Source of the DNA: Chiloscyllium plagiosum
Taxonomy: Eukaryota
Reading direction: 5' to 3'
NCBI RefSeq assembly: GCF_004010195.1
Contig: NC_057711.1
Span: forward strand, 82,028,200-82,076,810
Length of the DNA: 48,611 nucleotides
Made by a program: the position numbers and the translations under genes. Shown here piece after piece: positions 48,530-48,611 of this stretch. The first letter of the stretch is position 1. Every line of letters begins with the position of its first letter. Under the pieces are notes generated by a model. It was not told the DNA's origin, did not search any database, and was given only the letters and a program-made list of their open reading frames with translations.

Positions 48530-48611
48530 GCTGAAAATGTGTTGCTGGAAAAGCGCAGCAGGTCAGGCAGCATCCAGGGAACAGGAGAATCGACGTTTCG
48601 GGCATAAGCCC
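48530..48611 (-). mobile_element. Young Penelope-like pLTR, cut by the window end
   Basis: gctgaaaatgtgttgctggaaaagcgcagc...cgacgtttcgggcataagccc matches the reverse complement of 34375-34456. Confidence 0.9.

Overview
AT-rich vertebrate genomic DNA. The repeat content (HE1-type V-SINEs, CR1/HER1-type LINEs, shark-type Penelope terminal repeats) points to a cartilaginous fish, probably a shark; this is an inference. The window lies inside one minus-strand gene, FRMD3 (FERM domain-containing 3). Two short coding exons are visible, 17592-17696 ([35 protein letters not shown]) and 9479-9521 (HWLEPNKSVVKQMK). Both have canonical AG/GT splice sites and neither appears in its correct frame in the ORF track. 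The rest is intronic and largely transposon-derived: many CR1 fragments, L2 fragments, six HE1-like SINEs, a decayed Ty3/gypsy pol, a Harbinger Myb/SANT remnant, and several families of Penelope-like element (PLE) terminal repeats. The most notable structure is in the PLE repeats. They carry minimal type-I hammerhead ribozyme motifs (CUGANGA-A-stem II-GAAA-palindromic stem III), and several form fold-back insertions with target-site duplications, the clearest being a 209 bp hairpin element at 46507-46715 with a perfect 15 bp TSD. Repeat boundaries and family names were assigned by eye and are approximate.
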